A DNA stretch of 29,843 nt from Candidatus Heimdallarchaeota archaeon (GTDB taxonomy: Archaea > Asgardarchaeota > Heimdallarchaeia > JABLTI01): assembly GCA_019056785.1 (NCBI GenBank), contig DXJV01000053.1, positions 1 to 29,843 on the forward strand. The letters run 5' to 3'. A program made the translations under genes and the position numbers. The notes below the pieces were generated by a model. It was not told the DNA's origin. It saw only the letters and a program-made list of their open reading frames with translations, and searched no databases. Positions within the stretch are counted from its first letter, which is position 1; the number at the start of each line of letters is the position of its first letter. Below are positions 24,411 to 29,843 of this stretch, piece after piece.

Positions 24411-25643
24411 ATGAACAGTCACCTTGTCGTTACTGTAGTGGGCGTTTTTGTTCTTGATGAGGAAAACAACATTATAAACACACGAAATTTCCCTTTATCC
24501 TCTGAAAAGGTTGCAGCCATTTTTAGTCAAATAGATAAAGGAGAGCTTCCTGCAATCCTCACTGAAATTGCTAAAGAGCATAAAACTGATGTGCTGGTCA
24601 CCCAAAATGCAAAAGTGGGTCACCTTCTGGCAGCAAATGGTTATAAAGTGCAATTTGAATATTTCGACCCACTCATTGCCAATTTTCATAAAAGCATTGA
24701 AACAATGGCATTGGAAATGGGCTATTTCAAAAGCAAAGAAGCCTTTCGAAAATTCGTCCGTGAAGTTGCTTTGTTTCTTACGAAAGAACGCGTAAGGCAG
24801 GCTGCAGATAAACGTGACCGGCTTGTTGTTCATGCCATTGAAACCATAGATGATGTAGATAAAACCCTAAATTTGTTTTCCAATCGTCTCCGAGAATTCT
24901 ATGGCATGCATTTTCCCGAGTTGGTTGACGCCATAGATAATCATCATACATTTGCAAAAATTGTCAGCAAAACTGGCGACAAAAAGAATATCGACCTTAA
25001 ACTTCTCGTAAATGAAATTGGCCTGCCAAAAGAGAAAGCCAACCGGCTTATGGCTGCACGAGAGACATCCATGGGCTCTTCGCTTCTCTCACAAGATATC
25101 CAGTTGATCCAAGAACAAGCTCAAACAATTGTTAATCTCTATCGACAGCGACAATCACTCGAGAAATGGATGGAAGTGACGATGCAAACCATTGCGCCGA
25201 ATATTAGTGGTGTTATAAGCCCTCTTCTGGGTGCGCGATTGATCTCCCTTGCCGGGAGTTTGCGGGATTTGGCTCTCTCCCCTTCGAGTAAGATACAGGT
25301 GCTGGGCGCTGAAAAAGCCCTTTACCGTACCATAAAAACCGGTGCGCCTCCACCAAAGCACGGAATTATTTATCAAGACCCTCGGTTAAATCAGGCGAAG
25401 TGGTGGCAAAGAGGAAAAATCGCTCGTGTCCTTTCAAGTCGTATTTCAGTTGCTGCTCGTTTAGACTATTTTGAAGCAGGTGACAAATCCCTCGAATTAG
25501 TAGAAGAAACCAATAAAAGAATTAATGAGATAATCAGTAAATACCCTGAGCCGCCAAAAGGGAAGAAACAAAAACAATCAGCAGGTCAGCAGTACCCAAA
25601 ACATAAAAAGCCAAGGCATAAAGCGCAAAAGAAAAGGCAATAG
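24411..25643 (+). CDS. nop5: Box C/D RNP subunit Nop5 (Nop56/58 homolog)
   Basis: RLREFYGMHFPEL, IAPNIS, IQVLGAEKALYR, PPKHGIIYQ and RGKIAR, plus a basic tail. Confidence 0.97.
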   Translation: MNSHLVVTVVGVFVLDEENNIINTRNFPLSSEKVAAIFSQIDKGELPAILTEIAKEHKTDVLVTQNAKVGHLLAANGYKVQFEYFDPLIANFHKSIETMALEMGYFKSKEAFRKFVREVALFLTKERVRQAADKRDRLVVHAIETIDDVDKTLNLFSNRLREFYGMHFPELVDAIDNHHTFAKIVSKTGDKKNIDLKLLVNEIGLPKEKANRLMAARETSMGSSLLSQDIQLIQEQAQTIVNLYRQRQSLEKWMEVTMQTIAPNISGVISPLLGARLISLAGSLRDLALSPSSKIQVLGAEKALYRTIKTGAPPPKHGIIYQDPRLNQAKWWQRGKIARVLSSRISVAARLDYFEAGDKSLELVEETNKRINEIISKYPEPPKGKKQKQSAGQQYPKHKKPRHKAQKKRQ

Positions 25644-25657
25644 GAGAAAAGCGAAAA

Positions 25658-26341
25658 ATGAATGTTAAACCATATAAATCATTCAAAGGAATCTTCAATA
25701 TCATCTTTCCGGACGGAAGCAGAAAAATTGCAACAAAAAACTTTGCTCCTGGAAACAAAGTCTACGGTGAAGATCTAATTACTGTGAAAAACATCGAATA
25801 TCGACTTTGGGAGCCCTCACGCTCAAAGTTAGCCGCCGCAATTGTTAAAGGGTTGAAAACTGTCCCAATTGTTCCGGGCTCAAAAGTACTTTATCTTGGA
25901 GCTGCTTCAGGCACTACGCCAAGTCACGTGTCAGATATCATTGGCGAAAAAGGGATGGTTTTCTGTGTAGAGTTTTCTGCTCGGTCAACCCGCGACTTAG
26001 TTTTCCTCTGTGAAAAACGGAGCAATATGCTTCCCATTCTTGATGATGCTCGGTATCCCGCCAATTACCATTTTCTTGTTGATACTGTTGATGTGGTGTA
26101 TTGTGATGTTGCACAACCTGACCAAGCAAAAATCATTGCTGACAATGCGAAAACGTTTCTTAAAAAAGGTGGACATGTGCTTTTAGCGATTAAGGCAAGA
26201 AGTATTGATTCCAGTAAAAAACCCTCTGTTATTTATAAGCAACAAATGACTGTCCTAGAAGACGAAGGGTTTGAAATTCTAGAAGCCATAGACCTTCATC
26301 CACTCGAAAAAGATCATGCAATGATTCTGGGAAAATCCTAG
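25658..26341 (+). CDS. flpA: Fibrillarin-like rRNA/tRNA 2'-O-methyltransferase
   Basis: VYGE, YRLWEPSRSKLAAAI, VLYLGAASGTTPSHVSDI, DVAQPDQA and AIKARSID. It lies directly after nop5. Confidence 0.98.
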   Translation: MNVKPYKSFKGIFNIIFPDGSRKIATKNFAPGNKVYGEDLITVKNIEYRLWEPSRSKLAAAIVKGLKTVPIVPGSKVLYLGAASGTTPSHVSDIIGEKGMVFCVEFSARSTRDLVFLCEKRSNMLPILDDARYPANYHFLVDTVDVVYCDVAQPDQAKIIADNAKTFLKKGGHVLLAIKARSIDSSKKPSVIYKQQMTVLEDEGFEILEAIDLHPLEKDHAMILGKS

Positions 26342-26479
26342 CCACCAAGATTGAATTAGCACAAACAAAAGAAATAATAAACTTAATGTAATCATTTACT
26401 ATAATTAAAATAATCCCCTTAACAATCGTTGTTGGAGTTTTAGCCTTTGAAACATCAGAAGCGAAATCTAAAGCGCCTA

Positions 26480-27310
26480 ATGAAAAGTAAAGCAGCTGTT
26501 TCCCAGGTGTTAGCCGCAATTATGATTATTTTCATGTTTGTTGCTGCTATTGGTGTTGTGTGGGCTTGGTTGTATCCAGCTTATAATCAATTTCAGACGA
26601 CAAATAACATCAATAGTATGACCTCATATATGCTTCGAGTGGATGAGGCTATTTATGATTTGTATGGTATGGAACCAGGCTCGATTGATATTGTCCGAAT
26701 GGATCCAAATTTCGGTTTCGTTCGTTATGAGGAAGGGAAAAATGTGAGTTTGCAATTTGCTGATGCAGCCAGCACGTACAATCAATCATTTCTGTTCACA
26801 AAATTGGGTGTTCTAGCATTTTTGCTGGAAAATCGTCGAGGCGTTATCTTAAAAGAAGGGGAAAGCAGCTACTTGAAAGGTCCAAACACCCAACGGTATT
26901 TCTTCGTGAATGGTTCCACCACCGGTGAGACATATCAGGGCTTAACCAATTTAACCCTCATGCGTCCTGCTGATAAATCGATGAAAATCTCGTTAGATTA
27001 CCGTGTTAGAGTTTATACTTGGTTTGATCAAACAGCTAATATCCTCTCTATTACAGTCAATATTCTACAACTGGCTATTAAGGGCACTAGTTTCTCTTTC
27101 GGTAGCTATCATTCTTTAAAAATTGCTTATAATACTACTGGAACTATTTATGCTGCAAGCACGACAGTCTCTTCTGACTTTTATGTTGATGGCTCCATTA
27201 ATGATTTTGCATTCCGTGAACGGCCTTTAACATTTGTGAAACCCGGAAGCGTGGGAAGCTATACAGTTGACATTGCCATTCAAGTTTCCCAATTTCTATT
27301 TTACTACTAG
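26480..27310 (+). CDS. Type IV pilin-like protein with a class III-like signal peptide
   Basis: MKSKAA|VSQVLAAIMIIFMFVAAIGVVWAWLYP: a short basic leader, a small residue, xS, then a hydrophobic helix. A beta-rich domain with NxS/T sequons follows. Alternative start TTG 26447. Confidence 0.75.
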   Translation: MKSKAAVSQVLAAIMIIFMFVAAIGVVWAWLYPAYNQFQTTNNINSMTSYMLRVDEAIYDLYGMEPGSIDIVRMDPNFGFVRYEEGKNVSLQFADAASTYNQSFLFTKLGVLAFLLENRRGVILKEGESSYLKGPNTQRYFFVNGSTTGETYQGLTNLTLMRPADKSMKISLDYRVRVYTWFDQTANILSITVNILQLAIKGTSFSFGSYHSLKIAYNTTGTIYAASTTVSSDFYVDGSINDFAFRERPLTFVKPGSVGSYTVDIAIQVSQFLFYY

Positions 27311-27414
27311 CGCTCCTCCTCACTTCCTTATATCTTTATGATGCTAACTTTTAAATACCAGCAAGAAATGCCCTTTCACTACTAATTAGAGTAAAATGCT
27401 GGAGCTTGAAACAT

Positions 27415-27723
27415 ATGGTTAAAATTCCCGCAAAGATGCGTGCTTATTGCAAAAAATGTAAAAAACACACTACGATGACCGTTCGTCATGAAAAAGGCGG
27501 AAGACGTGGAAGTGGTCTCGTAAAAGGCACTCGTAACCAACAACGCAACAAACGAGGTTCGGGAAATAAAGGAAAGTACTCTAAAAAAGCCATTTCACAA
27601 GCAAAAATGTCTTCCAAAACATCACAGAAAGTTGATCTGCGTTTAACTTGTGATGTGTGCAAGTCCACCTGGGTGAAAACCTATCCTCGTACACGTTCTG
27701 TTGAGATTGTTAAAACCCATTAA
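27415..27723 (+). CDS. rpl44e: 50S ribosomal protein L44e (eL42)
   Basis: MVKIPAKMRAYCKKCKKHT...GSGNKGKYSK...KTSQKVDLRLTCDVCK. A TATA element TTTTAAATA sits at ~27349-27357. Confidence 0.93.
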   Translation: MVKIPAKMRAYCKKCKKHTTMTVRHEKGGRRGSGLVKGTRNQQRNKRGSGNKGKYSKKAISQAKMSSKTSQKVDLRLTCDVCKSTWVKTYPRTRSVEIVKTH

Positions 27724-27832
27724 TTTCTCCCAAACTTTTTTCCACTTTTCTTCTTCTCTATTTCTTAAAGTTAGTCATTTTATTTAAGTTCCCACCTTAG
27801 TTATATTAGGAATTTAAACGTTAGTGAAAAAA

Positions 27833-28621
27833 ATGGTTAATAATTACCCAAATGTTATCATAAAAATTGTTAAAGAGTTTAATTTAAAGAATGGCGCTTT
27901 AATCCAATGTTTCCCCGGTCAGGGTTTAGTAGGAAGAATAGCTGGGATGCAATTAATTGAATATTTTAATGCTGAACGTGCTGCAAAAATTTTCTCAAGT
28001 TATTTTCCTCATTTGGTCATTTTTCAAGGGGAATTGGGGAAACTTGTTCATGCGGAGCTTTGGGCTATCCCCAAAACAAAACCCCCACTTCTCATTCTTA
28101 CTGGAGAAAGCCAACCCCAGGAGGGTCCGGAGGGGATGTTCCAAGTCTTGTCTGCTACTTTAGATCTCATTGAAAAGTGGGGCATCAACAAGGTCATTGC
28201 TATTGGTGGTTTTCGCCCCGCTAGTGATGGCGACACACCAAATGTGACAGGTTTTGCGTTTACTGAAAAAGAAGCTGCAAAATTAAAAGAACAAGGTATT
28301 AAATTATTTACAGAAGGGCGTGTTAGTGGTGCTGTGGGTGTATTGACAGCGCTTGCTTCTGAACGCGGGTTGGAGTCTTATGGTTTGATGGGAAAGGTGC
28401 GCCCTGGGGAGCGTCAAGCAATGGCTTTTGGTGTTGACCCTCTTGCATCGAAAAATGTCTTAGAAGTGCTTACTAAACTCTTGGGTTTTGAAATGGACCT
28501 CTCTAAAATGGATCAAATGATTAACGATATTGAACAAACAGAAGCAAATGCAATGAAAGCTTTAGAAGAGCTAGAACGCGATAAAAAACAAAGCAAGGAC
28601 CAACAATCATATTATTTATAA
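27833..28621 (+). CDS. PAC2-family proteasome assembly chaperone
   Basis: LIQCFPGQGLVGRIAGMQLI, LLILTGESQP, VIAIGGF, GAVGVL and VDPLASKNVL. Start is ATG 27833 or GTG 27824. Confidence 0.9.
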   Translation: MVNNYPNVIIKIVKEFNLKNGALIQCFPGQGLVGRIAGMQLIEYFNAERAAKIFSSYFPHLVIFQGELGKLVHAELWAIPKTKPPLLILTGESQPQEGPEGMFQVLSATLDLIEKWGINKVIAIGGFRPASDGDTPNVTGFAFTEKEAAKLKEQGIKLFTEGRVSGAVGVLTALASERGLESYGLMGKVRPGERQAMAFGVDPLASKNVLEVLTKLLGFEMDLSKMDQMINDIEQTEANAMKALEELERDKKQSKDQQSYYL

Positions 28622-28650
28622 AAAAAAAGAATAAAGTGAAAAAAAATACT

Positions 28651-29496
28651 TTATTCATTCTTTTTGATTTCGGCAATTAAATTGTCCACAATCTTTTCAA
28701 AAATCGTTTGTGACTCACCTGTTTGTCCAACAAATGGTTTCCCTTCATCTGAGAGTGGTACAATTGCTGGGTCAATGGGAATGGCACCTAGAAATGGGAT
28801 GTTAAATTCTTCTGCTGCTTTTTTCCCGCCATCTTTGCCAAAAATATTGATTTCTTTATGACAGTGAGGACAAATTAAGCCACTCATGTTTTCAATTAAT
28901 CCTAATACTTTCAAACCGACTTTCCGAACAAAATTAATGGATTTTTTAACATCTAAAAGAGCGACTTCTTGAGGGGTAGATACAATAACGACGCCATCTG
29001 CTTTAGGAATCAGTTGCGCAATACTCAGAGGTTCATCGCTTGTTCCAGGTGGGAGGTCAATAATGAGATAGTCAAGATGCCCCCATTTAACATCACTTAG
29101 AAACTGGGTAATGGCCCCCATTTTCAAAGGCCCACGCCAGATGACCGCATCTGTTTTACTTTGCAATAAAAACTCCATTGAGATGACTTTGACGCCGTAA
29201 GTAGACTCAAGTGGTAAAATCTTCTTTTCTTTTTCATCAAAAGCTGGCCTTTCATTTTCCAGCCCAACCATTTTTGGTACGTTTGGCCCGGTGATATCCG
29301 CATCTAGAATGCCGACTTTCAGTCCTCGTGTGGCTAAAGAGGTTGCAATATTTACTGCTACAGTGGTTTTTCCCACTCCACCTTTCCCGCTTGCAACAAC
29401 AATGACGTGTTTAATATCGCGTAGCGCCGCCATCACTTTCAGTTTTTGCGGGTCAATCGTAATTTCGGGGATTTTCTTTTGTTCGTTTTTATTCAT
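28651..29496 (-). CDS. mrp: Mrp/NBP35 (ApbC) Fe-S cluster carrier ATPase
   Basis: [41 protein letters not shown] and [11 protein letters not shown]. Confidence 0.97.
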   Translation of the reverse strand: MNKNEQKKIPEITIDPQKLKVMAALRDIKHVIVVASGKGGVGKTTVAVNIATSLATRGLKVGILDADITGPNVPKMVGLENERPAFDEKEKKILPLESTYGVKVISMEFLLQSKTDAVIWRGPLKMGAITQFLSDVKWGHLDYLIIDLPPGTSDEPLSIAQLIPKADGVVIVSTPQEVALLDVKKSINFVRKVGLKVLGLIENMSGLICPHCHKEINIFGKDGGKKAAEEFNIPFLGAIPIDPAIVPLSDEGKPFVGQTGESQTIFEKIVDNLIAEIKKNE

Positions 29497-29585
29497 TTTA
29501 GATCCTCGTAAAGTTATCTTCTAAAATCATACATAGCTAATTGCTTTATAAAATTGCTTGAAAATTTAATTTAATAAAAAGATGT

Positions 29586-29618
29586 GGCTGGTTAACTTTC
29601 TAAGTTACAGCACCAGCC
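29586..29618 (-). terminator. Bulged hairpin downstream of the DsrH-like gene (possible terminator or processing element)
   Basis: GGCTGGT-TAACTT-TCT-AAGTTA-CAGC-ACCAGCC: a 7-bp and a 6-bp stem with a 4-nt bulge, 21 nt after the stop codon. Confidence 0.45.
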
Positions 29619-29639
29619 TGTGGTTATCTTTTGAAGTTT

Positions 29640-29843
29640 TTAACACCAAGTAATGACTTTCTCATATTCATCCATAATTAAGTTAATAGATCTGTCATAA
29701 TCTACCTGTTCGATGCCGGTGCAAACTTTGTCATCGATAATGCCCCGCGCTCTTAGATCTTCTTTCTGTGCGTAAACTTTTATGCCCTCCACACAAGCCG
29801 TTGCAATGATATTTGTACCTCCTTTGCGGCAAGCAAGTGTTGC
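29640..29843 (-). CDS. DsrH/TusB-family sulfur-relay protein (5'-partial; not in the ORF track)
   Basis: Manual translation ATLACRKGGTNIIATACVEGIKVYAQKEDLRARGIIDDKVCTGIEQVDYDRSINLIMDEYEKVITWC* contains the VYAxxEDLxARG...VDY...I.W signature. Confidence 0.8.
   Translation of the reverse strand, partial: ATLACRKGGTNIIATACVEGIKVYAQKEDLRARGIIDDKVCTGIEQVDYDRSINLIMDEYEKVITWC

Noticed and set aside
24324-27414. Box C/D guide sRNA near nop5/fibrillarin
   Set aside because: I found no convincing RTGATGA...CTGA pair in the intergenic segments by eye. A snoscan or Infernal search would be needed to exclude one.
29586-29618. SECIS element
   Set aside because: It lacks the expected GA/GA quartet or GAA/A bulge arrangement, and the visible upstream ORF has no in-frame TGA.

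Overview
This is an archaeal chromosomal window of about 38-40% GC by eye. It carries a thermosome, Nop5 plus fibrillarin, rpL44e, PAC2, Hef and RadB-like genes, and TATA/BRE-type promoters. The large Ig-repeat membrane proteins and general gene style suggest an Asgard (Heimdallarchaeia-like) lineage, but this is inference only. The right half (15.5-29.8 kb) is mostly housekeeping: thermosome, esterase, PadR, tRNA-Thr(CGT) flanked by two decayed redox genes, a CdrS/aCcr1-like RHH regulator, YjbQ, a membrane polyferredoxin, Sir2, Nop5, fibrillarin, a class III signal-peptide (pilin-like) protein, rpL44e, PAC2, Mrp/NBP35 and a partial DsrH/TusB. The left half (1-15.3 kb) is the unusual part. An operon of envelope proteins (giant Ig-repeat protein, single-pass protein, 2-TM protein, multipass protein) runs directly into a RadB-like ATPase. 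Next come Hef, a 1078-aa HerA/VirB4-fold protein with a degenerate Walker A, a PD-(D/E)XK nuclease with an ExE site, a second multipass protein and an OB-fold protein. Both multipass proteins look like HExxH metalloprotease-family members that have lost catalytic residues. My best candidate for an undescribed system is this envelope and DNA-processing cluster built partly from pseudo-enzymes, possibly a Ced/T4SS-like DNA transfer or uptake module. All family calls come from motif recognition by eye; no searches were run.
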